A DNA stretch of 64,000 nucleotides from Ginglymostoma cirratum (GCA_024137785.1 JAHRHZ010000145.1:22565193-22629192), one strand, 5' to 3'. Counted from the first letter of the stretch, positions 12,364 through 24,810 are shown. Numbers and translations: made by a program. The notes: generated by a model from the sequence alone, not told the origin.

Positions 12364-14437
12364 AAGCTTTCCTGCTCCTATGATGCTGCTTGGCCTGCTG
12401 TGTTCATCCAGCCCCACACCTTGTTATCCCAGCATTTATTGCCCATCTTTAATTACCCAGAAGGTAGTTAGGAGTCAATGGCATTGCTATGTAGGCCAAA
12501 GAGGGTGAGGGTGGCAGTTTCCCTCCCTAAAGGACATAAGTGAATCAAATGACAATAGAATCATGGTCATCAATCTTAATCAGAGATTTTTATTGAATTC
12601 AAATTCCACCATCTGATTTGGTGGGATTTGAACCTGGGTTCCCAGAGTGTTACCTGGGTCTCTGGATTAACAGTCCAGCAAGAATACCACTAGGCCATTG
12701 CCCTCCTCAACATATATGTTATAGGCTAGCAATCTGGGATGGTAGACTAGCTAAAATCTCCTCAGAGAAAGGCTCGCTTGATTTACTTGTCATGGGGGAA
12801 GGCCTGGGAAAGCCTTGTAGAAAATTAATTGTTGGTCTTCACACCTTGACACAAAAGAGGGACAACTGTGGTTGGTGAACATAGCTGCTTGGGGCCAGAA
12901 TTTCATGGGGATGGAAGGGGTCTTTGACTTTGTTAGAGCTCTGATTCACTATTGAGGAGGGCAGAATGTTGGTGAGACATATTTGCACATCCCCTCTATG
13001 ACGGCATTGTGGATCCATCTAAAGCACATGGACTGCTTCAAGGAGGCAGCTTACCACCACCTTCACCAGGGCAACTAAGGATGGCCAATGAGTGAATTTT
13101 TGAAAAAATGTATGGTTCATGGAAGCGGCTGTGCATGTCAAATTGCAACAAAAAGCCTTCAAATAGATTCAACTTCCATTGGTGCGATATGCAGAACATG
13201 AGTTGTGACATTTAGACATTTGAACAAAAGGTCTATAGTTTCTTCAGTTATTTGGAGCAGTGGTAATTCAAGCCATCTTCTAGGAGCAGACTTGCTATCC
13301 TCAGGTTTGATCCCCTGAAACAATTAGTAGCTTCGATATTCCTTCTCTTAACAGAAAAGGGCAGAACAGAAGGTATCTAGCGCAGATTCTCAGACACTCA
13401 CCACATCCTTCAGCTCTTTTTCAGGCAAACCTTCCTGGGCCCAATCAGAAGTTTGAGCACTCAGTTTTCCTTCAAATGAAGTGAGGTTACCTTAGTACAG
13501 ACACACAGTTTGGAACAAAGGGTATACTCGGGCACCTGTTGGAATGTGATTTAAAGCAAAAGTAAAATGAACCATTAAGTTGCAGGAAAATCCAAGAACT
13601 TTGTGAAAATGCTCTTTATTTGTATGTTGTGCAAAAAGGAGGGGATTTGGTGAGCTGACATTCACAAGACATTTAAAGCAATATCTCCAGTGGATAAGGT
13701 GACTAAAACAAAAGAGGTAAAGGATATATAAATTAAAACGTACTGGTGAATTTACATAAAAACAAACAATAAAACTGCTTTTAGAGTAGAGCTCCACACA
13801 TTAGGAAGCGTATCAAGACAATTCGGAACACATTACACAAATTCACTCAGGTGTTGCTTGGATGTAAGCAAATGCTTTTTTGGACATGAGCTAATTAAGA
13901 AAATGTGAAACATCAAGGCTTTTTAATAGAATAGAAAATATTTAAAGGTGATTTGACAGGGGTGTTTAATTACCATTGAGGTGGGACACAGCACATAAAA
14001 AATGAGCTGCTTCTAGTGATTTGAGGTGAATAAAGATTAAATGGAAACATTTAGAACATAGAACAGGAGATATTTTTTGCACAGAGATTCGTGAGGCCGT
14101 GGAAAGCATTCAGTTGAAGGATAGATCATGTTAATATTTGGAAGAGGTCAAATGGGTGCTGGTAGAATGGGGAAATAGATGAAGATCAAAATAGGAAGTG
14201 CACATTTGTTTAAGGGTTGCTGCTCATGTACAGACCAACACTGGGTCAGAAGAATAACCTTTCTCTGTGTCGTAATTTATTTGTAATTCTAGAATGAACC
14301 TAATAATCTTTGATAAATCATTTACCGGTTTTATGTGTGGCACTCCTTTTAACACATTTCTTTATGAGATTTTATATTCCTAACTTTACCTATTTCCTGG
14401 GTCACGGATACCGACAGCTATTTTAGGCAATAGTGCC

Positions 14438-14439
<2 letters not shown>

Positions 14440-14487
<48 letters not shown>
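14440..14487. repeat. (TG)n microsatellite
   Basis: Directly visible. Confidence 0.98.
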
Positions 14488-14488
<1 letters not shown>

Positions 14489-14733
14489 AACAGTAGGAAA
14501 AGTCAAAAACGAACCATAACAAACTGAGTTCCCTTCCTTGCTGTACATAACTATCAGACAGCACCAATACTATCTGTGTTTTAGTATCCTTATCTAAGGA
14601 AAGCGTATTAGAAAGCAACTCATACATTGCATTTGAACCACAGCCCCACTTATCGAACTTCAGTTACCTATCTTGAGCCAGGGAAGGGGGAATAAGTCTG
14701 AATATTACCAAAAAGAAAATCCTGTTAAAGCTT

Positions 14734-15747
14734 GAGAGATAGTAGGAACTGCAGATGCTGGAGAATCTGAGATAACAAGGGGCAGAGCTGGATGAACACA
14801 GCAGGCCAAGCAGCATCGGAGGAGCAGGAAAGCTGACGTTTAGGTCCTAGACCCCTCTTCATTTCTGAGTGGGTGAGTGAGTGAGTGAGTGAGTGGGCAA
14901 ACGTCTGGCAGATGGCATACAATGTAAATAAATGTGAAGTCATACATTTTGGTAGGAGTAATAGTAAAAGGGATTATTACTTGAATGGTAAAAAGTTGCA
15001 GCATGCTGCTATGCAGAGGGACCTGGGTGTCCTTGTGCATGAATCACAGAAGGTTGGTCTGCAAGTACAACTAGTAATTAGGAAGGCAAATGGAATTTTA
15101 TCTTTCATTGCGAAAGGGATTGAGTTTAAAAGCAGAGAGGTTATGTTGCAGCTGTACAAGGTGCTGGTGAGGCCACACCTGGAGTACTGTGTGCAGTTTT
15201 GGTCTCCTTACTTGAAAAAGGATATACTGGCACTGGAGGGGGTGCAGAGGAGGTTCACTAGGTTGATTCCAGAGTTGAGGGCGTTGGCTTATGAGGAGAG
15301 ACTGAGTAGATTGGGATTATATTCATTGGAATCCAGAAGATTGAGGGGGGATCTTATAGAAACATATAAAATTATGAAGGGAATAGATAAGATAGAAGTA
15401 GAGAGGATGTTTCCACTGGCAGGTGAAGCTAGGACAAGAGAGCATAGCCTCAAGATTAGAGGGAGCAGATTTAGGACTGAATCGAGAAGGAACTTCTTCA
15501 CCATGAGGGTTTTTAATCTATGGAATTCCTTGCCCAGTGAAGTAGTTGACGCTACTTCAGTAAACGTTTTTAAGGGTAGATTTTTTTTGAACAATAAATG
15601 AATTAAGGGATATGGTGAGAGCGCAGGTAAGTGGATCTGAGTCCACAAAAAGATCAGCCATGATCTTATTGAATGGCAGAGCAGGCTCGAAGGGCTGGAT
15701 GGCCTACTCCTGCTTCTAGTTCTTATGTTCTTATGTACCTTGTTATC
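14734..15747. mobile_element. Composite insertion: antisense PLE family A arm + CR1 3' fragment + 11-bp remnant of the second PLE arm
   Basis: 14-bp TSD tcctgttaaagctt at 14720-14733 and 15748-15761 brackets the whole unit. PLE arm 14734-14868; remnant accttgttatc at 15737-15747. Confidence 0.88.
14869..15736 (+). mobile_element. Young CR1/HER1-type LINE, 5'-truncated (C-terminal part of ORF2 and 3' UTR)
   Basis: Open 238-aa frame SEWANVWQMAYNVNKCEVIHFG...LYKVLVRPHLEYCVQFWSPY...RRLRGDLIETYKIMKG, typical of CR1 ORF2 C-termini; ends in (ttcttatg)2 tail repeats. Confidence 0.95.
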
Positions 15748-16304
15748 TCCTGTTAAAGCTTTGTGTCTTGCACTCATCAGGATAGATAAAAGAATACCAA
15801 CTTTCAAAGGGAACAGCAGTTTATGTTGCATGAGAAACATGGTGCTAATTGATTAAAAGTGAATTTTTGATTGGTCAAATCATTGCCATGAAGAATACAG
15901 CAGAGAATAGTCACAGTTACGAGTTCAATCCAGTCCCATATTGTCTGTGCTGTGTTATTTACTGAACTGATTGGTTTCAAGATGACTGTCCCTTGTCAGT
16001 GCCTCCTGGTAGGTGTCAGATAATTATGGAAAAACAGGAGACACAATACTACAGTTTTGTCTTTCTATCCTAAACATCCTCCTTTCAATACAAAACAAAA
16101 TGCATGCATTATCATTTATTATGAGTTACTGAAGTTACTCACTACAAACACAACTATTCTCAAGCATTAGCAGTTTGTTACTCTGATGAGCGTTTGTACA
16201 TGTAGTCTTTAAATCATGTTGGTCTCTTAATAGTATGCATGAATGTTGTCATTGGCGGTTCATCTGAATGATGTTTCTTCCCAAAGGATATATCATTTCT
16301 ACAC

Positions 16305-16504
16305 AGAGATTGTAAGAACTGCCAATGCTGGAGTCAGAGATAATACAGTGTGGAGCTGGAGGAACACAGCAGGCCAGGCAGCATCAGAGAAGCAGGAAAG
16401 CTGACGTTTTGGACCATTTCTGTAGACGGGTCCCGACCCGAAACACCAGCTTTCCTGCTCCTGTGATGCTGCTTGATCTGCTGTGTTCCTCCAGCTCCAC
16501 TCTG
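16305..16504 (-). mobile_element. PLE-terminus palindromic insertion, family A variant
   Basis: Inverted arms around a degenerate hammerhead-like core (ctgtaga..gggtc..acccgaaac). TSD tatcatttcta(c/t)ac at 16291-16304 and 16505-16518. Confidence 0.85.
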
Positions 16505-17589
16505 TATCATTTCTATACCATTTGTGTTGCTCCGTTATCTATTGTTGACGTATTATTGGGGTGCTGTACTCCTCTGGGATGCATTCCGTGGTGAATAGTT
16601 TAATGTGCTGCGACATGTTGCAAATCTCTTTTGGCATTTTGAGGGTTACCAGTCCAAGTTTCAGACTAACTCCAACCGAAATGAATAGCTTTTGCTTACA
16701 TGTGTGATATGGATTTTTCTTCTTGGGTCCACAGAACAATCTGTTCCCTAGGCAGAATATGGTGCCATTGTATAACCCCAACGTTACTTTCAATGGCTTT
16801 GTTTTTGGATTCAATGTTCAGTCATTTTGCACAGGCCTATAAAGGATATGATTTTGCATGATGCACAAGGGTCTGACACTTGGTGTTGATTTGATGTTCT
16901 CCTTCTGCAGTTGTCATTCCAACAGGCCTAAACCATGTTGAAGCTATTGGCATAATTGGACCAACTTGTTGAATGGTGTAGAGTGTTTTGTCAGAATTTT
17001 CAGCTGATCTCGCTGCAGTGGCCATCTGTACCTGCTTGTTGTGTTTTCTTCTGGCTGAACACTTGTGTGCAAATTGATTCCATTTCTTGCAATGAGAACA
17101 ATACTTTGCTCAATGTGGACTTTTCTTTAGTGTGATGTCCTCCACTGTAATTAAATTCTGTAATTCATCTATAATTGTTCTGAACTTTTAGCTGGAGTGT
17201 CTATCTACACGTTGCAAGGCCCTAGTCTGGTCTGCCATAAAATATCTTCTATTTGCTGCTTTACACCCTCAGCACTTTCACACATGTTAATCCCATTCCT
17301 GAGAGTAAGTTTCTCCTTAGTTGGTAAATGCAGTCTCACTGCCAGTTCTCTTATACATAATACAATCTTGCCTCTAATTAGATATTCTTTTAGTTGTGAA
17401 AATGCATAGGACTGCGAGAGCTGTTAATAATGTCACATATTGATCAATTAAATTTTCTTCTCTCAGTCCATGATATTGGACATGTACTATTTAAATGTTA
17501 CATTTCCTTGGACTTCAAAAGCGTCTTCTGAAGCTTTCAAAATCTCTTCAGTCTGTTTATTTGTGTTTTTTCTGGGTACAGGCAAAATC

Positions 17590-18660
17590 TACACAACCTC
17601 TCTTCATAACACAGTCCCTCTATGCCTCGTTTCAGCCTAGATAATCTCCTCTGGACTGCTTCCAATGCCAGTATACCTTTCCTTAGATAAGAGGTTTAAA
17701 TCTGTTCACAGTATTCCAGCAGTGGTCTGAAACGTCAACTTTCCTGCTCCTCTGATGCTGCTTGGCCTGTTGTGTTCATCCAGCTCTACACCTTCTTATC
17801 TCTCTACTTTTAGGTTCCATTTCCTTTAAATAAAAGTAAACATTCCATTTACCATCCCCAATAACCACTGAACTTGAATGCTAGTTCTCAGTGATTCATG
17901 CACAATGACTCCCAAATCCCTCTGTTCCATAGCTTTCTGCAATCTTTCTCTGTTCAGCTCCTCTATTCTTCCTCTCTAATTGTGTAATGTCAGATTTTCC
18001 CACACTATGTTCCATTTTGCTCACTTACTTAACCTACCTATAGCCCTCTGCAGACTGTTTGTGTCATCCTCACCACTTGCCTTCCCACCTTTTTTTTTGC
18101 GCCATCCCCAAACTTGGCTATCGTGCATTCATTTTCCTTATCTAAGTTATTAACATATATTGTAAACAATTGTGGCCCCAGCACTTATCCCTGAAGCACA
18201 CCAATATTTTCAGGCTGCCATCCTGAAATGAATTCCATTCACCACCCACCCACCCTCCCCCCAACCTTATTGTAACTTTCTGTCTTTTCTTCGTTCACTA
18301 ATTCTCTCTCCATGTCGATATACTACCTCCAAAACTATGGGATTCTATTTTGTTAAGTAGCCTAGTGTACCTTTTAAAACATCTTCTGAAACTCCAAATG
18401 TATTACACCCGCTGCTTCCCCTTTGTTGGTCTTGTTTATTCCTGCCTCAAAGAATTCTGGTAAATTTGTCAGGCATGAATTACCTTTATGAAGGCATGCT
18501 GACTCTGCTTGATCATGTAAAGTATTTCTAAAAAAAATTCTAAAATCTCCAAACTATATCCTTTATAATAGACTCTAACATTTTCCCAATAACAGACAAT
18601 AAAGTAACTGGCATGAAGTTACCTTTCTTTCCTTCCCTTTTTAAATAGAAGTGTTACATT
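17590..18660 (-). mobile_element. CR1 LINE RT fragment, decayed
   Basis: Minus-strand similarity to the CR1 at 14885-15300 (e.g. gtgcatgaatcac, aatggaatgtt, tggcattggaagcagtccagaggag). Confidence 0.8.
17729..17803 (+). mobile_element. Single-arm PLE family A fragment inside a CR1 remnant
   Basis: gaaacgtcaactttcctgctcctctgatgctgcttggcc...ccttcttatctc matches the family A arm; no TSD seen. Confidence 0.85.
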
Positions 18661-18699
18661 AATTGAATGCATGATGTTCAGTATTATTCATAGCTCCGC

Positions 18700-19530
18700 A
18701 GAAAATGAAGAGTCAATGTGCAACAAGGCATGGATAACATCCAGGCTTGGACCGATGAGTGGTAAGTAATATTTACACAATACAAATGCCAGGCAATGAC
18801 TACCTCCAACAAGAGAGAATCTAACCATCACCTCTTGATATTCAATGGCATTACCATTGTTAAATATTACATTGCCAAGATCCTGGCGTAACTATTGACC
18901 AGAAACTGAACTAGACTAGCCATATCAATACCGTGGTTCAAAAACAGATCAGAAGCTAGAAATTCTGCAACAAATAACTCAGCTCCTGGCTCCCAAAGCC
19001 TGTTCATCAACTGCAAGCCACAACTCAGGATTATGATGGAATACTCTCCATTTGCTGGATCAGCTCAGCTCCAACAACACTCAGGAAACTTGTGACCATC
19101 TGGTATAAAGCAGCCAACTTGATCAGCACACAATCCATCAACTTAAAGACTCGTTCCATCTAGCACTGATGCATTGTGCATCCTACACAAAGGCTGCATT
19201 GGTACAACTCACCCAGGCCTCCTTTGACAGAACCTTCCAAATCTGCAACTTCTACCTTCTAATTGGCAAGGGCAGAAAATGCATGCGATGCCACCAGCTG
19301 CAAGATCTCATCCAAGTTACATTCCATTTTTGTTGGAACTATTTTGCCATTCTTTCACTGTCACAGGCTAAAACTCATGAAACTCCCTAACAGCACCATG
19401 GGTGAACTGACATCAGATATGGCAGCAGTTCAAGAAGGCAGCTCACTGGCACCTTCTCAAGGACAGTCAGGGATGAGCAACAACTGCTGGCCTTGCTGCT
19501 GTTGCCCACATACATGAAATAAGTAAAAAG
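18700..19530 (+). mobile_element. LINE (CR1/L2 group) RT C-terminus and 3' tail
   Basis: Reads ..DNIQAW.D.W..KCQAMT.SNKRESNH..TIDQKLN..HINTV..MEYSP; its 3' tail resembles the SacSINE1-like tail. Other tail copies at ~4340-4562 and ~13025-13110. Confidence 0.8.
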
Positions 19531-21532
19531 ATCTCTAAGCCTAATGTTTTCATGTTTCAGTCTCCAACAACTAATACCCCCAGCTGGTTATTTATTTTTA
19601 AGACATAAAAGTCACCTTATTTATCTTCCTTTATTTACAGAGTCTACGGCAAGAAATGCTTAATTAATCATGTCAACAGGACATATTTCCACATTAGAAA
19701 TGCTACTTGTTTCCCCTGAAGGAACAGAACACTATTTGAACAATCTGGAATTACCTTAGATTTTTATTTAAAGATAGGCTCATTCAGAGTTTGCTGAGCC
19801 TTGGAAGATTGGAGACCTTGTAGTTCCATCAATGTAGGCTTAAAAAATTGAAGTCCCTGCTATATATATGAAATAAATAGTGTGGAGATTAGCTTTGAAT
19901 TGTACAGGAGTGCAGTGAGCAGTAAGAAATCAACATATGATCACAGGCAATATTTAATAAGATAGATGTGCTAAGTTACAAATCATTGATTAACTAGATT
20001 CAGGAAATAAATGTCTTAACTTTTGGCTAGAGAGTTTATTTTATCCAATGAAAGGTTGAAACTTGAAAGATTTAATTATTTGTGGATATTTCCAAAATCT
20101 TTCCTCATTCTTGCTGGATAAACATTTATGGAAAATAAACCAACACATTATTACTGATTTCATAGTGAAAAGCATCATTTTCCAAGATGCAATCTATTTG
20201 TGCGATGCCTCTCTACATTTTATTGAAGTACCTTAATTTTGAGCAAAGTTTTCACTGCACCTGGAAGCACAAGTTACTGCTGAGAGAAGGCTGTATGAAT
20301 GTATGAAACACCATACATGACTGAGATTTGCATTGAATATTTTGGCACATTCAGAAATAATTTCTATTCTTTTGTGAAATAAGCAGAAGCCATGATTTGC
20401 AGCCCAATGGAACTGTACACTGTAGAAGTAACATTTTTCCAGAACTGATCATTTCTGAAGTTGGAGTTTGATTTAATTTAGGAATGGTGGAAGTGATTGT
20501 CTGATTATTCACATCAATGAATATTTATGAGCCCAATATGATTGCGTTTCTATTTGGCAGTGTTTAGTAACTTGATTTGCTTTGATTATGTTGAGTAAAG
20601 GTCAAATAGCTGTGTCAATGCAATGTTACTGCCCAGTTGTTTTCAGAGGTGCACGCAGATTTAACAAAGATCTCTGATGCATGCAAATCATCTCCAGGTC
20701 CCTATTACTTAATTGTAATTTACGTTTTCCTTTTAATAGGAAATCTGATGATATCTGTTGTTTTTGTTCTGTAATCTACAGCATACAACAAAGATCCACA
20801 GTATATATAACAACTTGAGTAAGAACTGTCTCCACATGAGTGCGTTTCTTTCTGACAGTCCAGTATTTGGTGGTGCAAGATTATGCTCGCCAATTGTAAT
20901 TATATTTTCATTATATCCGCTGTGGGTCAAAGCTTTTTAGCATGGTTACTTTTTTTGTCATTAAGTGATTAAGAAAGTAATTGCATCATCTGATTACTCA
21001 CATCATCATTATACCTTTATGTATCTAAATAGAATGTTTGAATCACCAATACTGTGTTGCCTCCAATACATAAAATTGTGAAGGGTTTGGGGACAAATCT
21101 TCAGCCATGCAGTCCACAGAGCCACTTAATGGACATGAGCTGCAACTACATTCTGACTGTTGAAGTAACAAACATCAAACGTAAAATGTTGACATAGAAA
21201 TTTACCGCCTCAAGTGTTGACAGAAAACTAAGACCAAATTATTGTGACAAGATGTGATAAAATTTGTGGGATGGCACAAAATGTTTAATTGCATGTACAT
21301 TATGTGTGTAAGGATACACGTATTGATTATTTCTAGTTAGCATTATAAAGAACTACACAACATTGAGTTGGTGCACTTAGGTTACAATGCACTTCAGAAA
21401 GACTCACACATGTACCAAGCAAAATTTTATACCAATACAGAATGTTATGAATGCAGGGCATTGTAAGACAGTTATGTTTTAAATGATCATTTAGTTTAAA
21501 GTAATCAGGAATGTTCTACGTGAGGATGATAA

Positions 21533-22084
21533 TAGAATCATAGAATCCCTACCGTGTTGAAACAGGCCCTTCGGCCCAACAAGTCCACGCTGACCCTTGG
21601 AGCATCCCACCCAGACACAGCCCACTATAACCCACCTAAGCTACATATTCCTGAACAGTATGGGCAATTTAGCATGGCCAATCCACCTAACCTGCGCATC
21701 TTTGGACTATGGGAGGAAACCGGAGCACCCGGAGGAAACCCACGCAGACACGGGAAGAATGTGCAAACTCCACACAGTTGGCAGAGGGTGGAGTCAAACC
21801 AGGGTCCCTGGTGCTGTGAGGCAGCAGTGCTAACCACTGAGCCACCATGCCGCCCCAACAAATCCACATCGACTTTTAGAGCATCCCACCCAGACCCATT
21901 CCTCTATAACCCACACATCCCTGAACACTATGGGCAAACCACCTAGCCTGCATGTCTTTTGGACTCCCTGCAGACATGGGGAGAATGTGCAAACACCATA
22001 CAGACAGTCGCCCGAGTCTGGAATCGAACCCAAGTCCCTGGCACTGTGAGGCAGCAGTGCTAACCACTGAGCCAGCGTGCCGCC
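21533..22084 (-). mobile_element. Head-to-tail dimer of HE1-type V-SINEs
   Basis: Two tRNA-like heads ending at ~21854 and 22084 and a single (ttctatga)n-type tail at 21533-21548; the upstream monomer has internal deletions and no tail. Confidence 0.88.
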
Positions 22085-22087
22085 TAA

Positions 22088-22184
22088 AATTGAACTTCAA
22101 TTCCACCATCTGCTATCGTTGGGATTTGAACCTGGGTCTCTGGATTAACAGTCCAGTGATAATACCACTAGGCCATCACTTCCC
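22088..22184 (-). mobile_element. SINE 5' head fragment of the same family as 12590-12706
   Basis: Near-identical stretch aattccaccatctg..gggatttgaacctgggt..ctctggattaacagtccag..aataccactaggccat. Confidence 0.75.
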
Positions 22185-23629
22185 TTAAGTTAATGTTCAA
22201 ACTAACTCTCCACTCAGAGAAAGACACAGAATTCATAGGTTTGTACCCATATTTCTGAAATGCTTTTGGCTTCTGTGTGATACAGAAAAGTTGAACTCCT
22301 ATACAGCATGTTAATAGTTCCCAAGTGATCTGGACTGTTTAACATTTAAATTGGTTTGATATTGTGCCTTGTTTATTACTTTTTATAAAAGCGCTCTTCC
22401 ATCAGAATATGTATTTATGCATAATAGACAATTCTTAAAACATCGGAACAGTTAGAGGAGCTCTCGAACTCATATTTCAAACTTAGTGTTATCACAAAGA
22501 AATTTAGTCATTTAATCTATGTAGCATTTCTTTTCATATGAGCATCAAAAGTCCATAACTTTAACGTAAACTAAGTCTAGATGATAAAATAACATTAACA
22601 GAAATGATGAAAAATAAACTTTGAAAGTAGGAAAAACTTCTTTACTAAAAGCATGAAAAATGTTATATTTTTCCAAACGTATTTATTGATACAAAACATT
22701 ATATTATTTAGAATTTAACTAGTTATCATGTTAGGGATTTGAAATAGGGATATAAATAATTACCTTTTTCAGTTTTTGAATTTACTCACATTCTTAAGGA
22801 ACAACATTTCTGTAGGGAAGATTTATTTTCCAAAACATATTTGATTCATAAAATTTACAAGCAAAAAAAATTATACAAATACTTCAACTTGAAAATTACA
22901 GGATTTGTAAGAATATTCAACTTGTCCAATTGTAACATTCTTCATAATTTGCAAATACATCCGATCTAATTTATGCAGCCCAGGGGCAATAAATTTCAAC
23001 TTACTAATAGTGCAATCCATAATAAAACATAACATGTTTCATTCTGAGGTGCCTCATTACTTTTTTCAATAATCTTTACTTACAACGTACATTTGTTGAG
23101 GCACATAGCCCAAGAAGTATTACAGTTGAATAAGATAGGTAACAGTACAACGGACTCAGCCGTTAATGATGCTCACTTGACAGACTCAGGGTTTGGGGAG
23201 GTCCGCTTCCTCATTCACATCTAATTTGATGTAACCTCTCTCACTACCCAACATGGAGTGAGTGCTGTTCAGAAACTCATCTCACAGCATCCACCTGAAC
23301 AACTGCTTTCAGTGTGAACTGTATTTCATCAAACCTTTGTAATAAATCTCACAGAAATATTTAGTATCACATGAATCTCATTTATCCATATAATTTTTGC
23401 ACCATAATTCAGAAAGTCACTATGGATAATGATTAGATCTTCAGTTCCATTGTATCCATGATGTTGAAACACTGACCTCATCATTACAAATTATGAGGAC
23501 TGAGACCTTGTTTCCATCTGTAATTTCATTGATCCCTAGCATCCAAAACAATGACTTACCAATTGACAAATATGAATACAGAAAGCATCTTCGCAACAAA
23601 TAGTCTGAGCCTGAAGGCTTACATCCTCA

Positions 23630-24810
23630 AGTTGAAAACCAAGGTAATGAGCACTTTAATTTTGATCTTTCAGAATTTCCTAGTTTTTATAATGGTACTT
23701 ATAGAGTGAAAGACACTAAACATAATTCCATTGTTAAAGGAAAGAGTGAGGGCCAATTCCTAATTAGTCTGACATTGGTAAAAGGCAAATGCTAGAATTA
23801 TTAAAAAAGTTAAGGAAGTGGTATTAGAGTATTTAAAATGCCATATTGTAATTGGTCACGGCTAATATGGAGTTATGAAAGATAAATCTATTTTTTGAGT
23901 TTGTACATAACAAGGTAGCTATGGAGGATTTTCAAACAGCATTTAATAAAGTGACTTGCAACAGTTATTGAAGGTAATATAATGCCATGAGTTGACGATT
24001 GGTTATCAGATAAAAAAATGAAGTCTAAGAATAATTGGGCCATCAGTTGGGTTGACAGGTTTTAATTAGTGAGATACCTCAAGAATCAATGCTTGGACAG
24101 CTCAGTGTCAAGGTCTAGGGTTCATTGTTTCATAATGCCTGTGAGGTTTTGTTTGTGAGTCATTGACATTTACTTCAATGTTTTAGATGAGGAAGCTTTG
24201 TGTAATATACACAAATTTGCTGATGATGCAACACCTGGCTGGAAAGAAAGCACTAAGAGGATGTAACAAAGCTGAAAAGGGACATAGGCAGATTAATTGA
24301 GTGAGCACGAATGTTATAGATTGAAAATAATACATAAAAAAGGTGAAGTAATCAATTTTGGTAGAAAAAAATTGCAAAGTATAATATCTTTATCCTGGGA
24401 AATATTGGTGCTCAGACGAAGCTGGATGCCCTATTTAGAAACTACAGAAAGGGTTCTTCCACTAGAGAAAACGGTTGAAGACTGTAAAAAAGACATGCTA
24501 AGATTATTTAAGGGTTTTGTGAGACCTTATCTGCTGGTCTATTGATCATTGGCAGCTTTCTGGGGAAATGGCTTCCAACCATTCACAATCTTGCAAGATG
24601 ATTAGAAATGTTGACTCAGACAATCGCGAATGGTTGGGATACATTCGCGCAGAGAGATGTCAGTGCTCATGAGTACCTTAAGGGCAGATTTTTTGAAGAT
24701 CAAAGAAATGGAGGGACAATAGAGGCTTTAAGAGGGTAAGCCACAATCTTTAGAATGCCATGTAGATCATTTCCACTGGCCCCCGTAATTTATATTTCTT
24801 ACATTCTTGT
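23630..24810 (+). mobile_element. Heavily decayed CR1 RT/3' fragment
   Basis: Motifs ggattttcaaacagcatttaataaagtg (DFQ.AF.KV), aaatttgctgatgatgca (KFADD) and tgtgagacct (VRP). Confidence 0.75.

Larger units (their letters stand above)
11802..12428 (-). mobile_element. PLE-terminus palindromic insertion, family A, with a 400-N gap at its centre
   Basis: Arms either side of the gap are reverse complements of each other. 13-bp TSD ccagcatttattg at 11789-11801 and 12429-12441. It interrupts a SINE. Confidence 0.88.
11752..12706 (-). mobile_element. SacSINE1-like tRNA-derived SINE split by the PLE palindrome
   Basis: Minus-strand head (ggcctagtggtatt..ctggactgttaatccagagacccagg..ggttcaaatcccacc), core gtcctttagggagggaaactgcc, and a tail gggcaataaatgctgg that resumes on the other side of the TSD. 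The family name is recalled. Confidence 0.7.

Noticed and set aside
11853-12417. Mirror-image ORFs MGLDEHSRPSSIIGAGKLDVSGLDP on both strands
   Set aside because: Produced by the inverted repeat and the N gap; not coding.
14885-15601. 238-aa open reading frame as a host gene
   Set aside because: It is the C-terminal part of CR1 ORF2 in a 5'-truncated insertion.
16560-17420. Possible decayed LTR-retrotransposon gag remnant on the minus strand
   Set aside because: Only a vague Cys/His spacing was seen; too degenerate to support.
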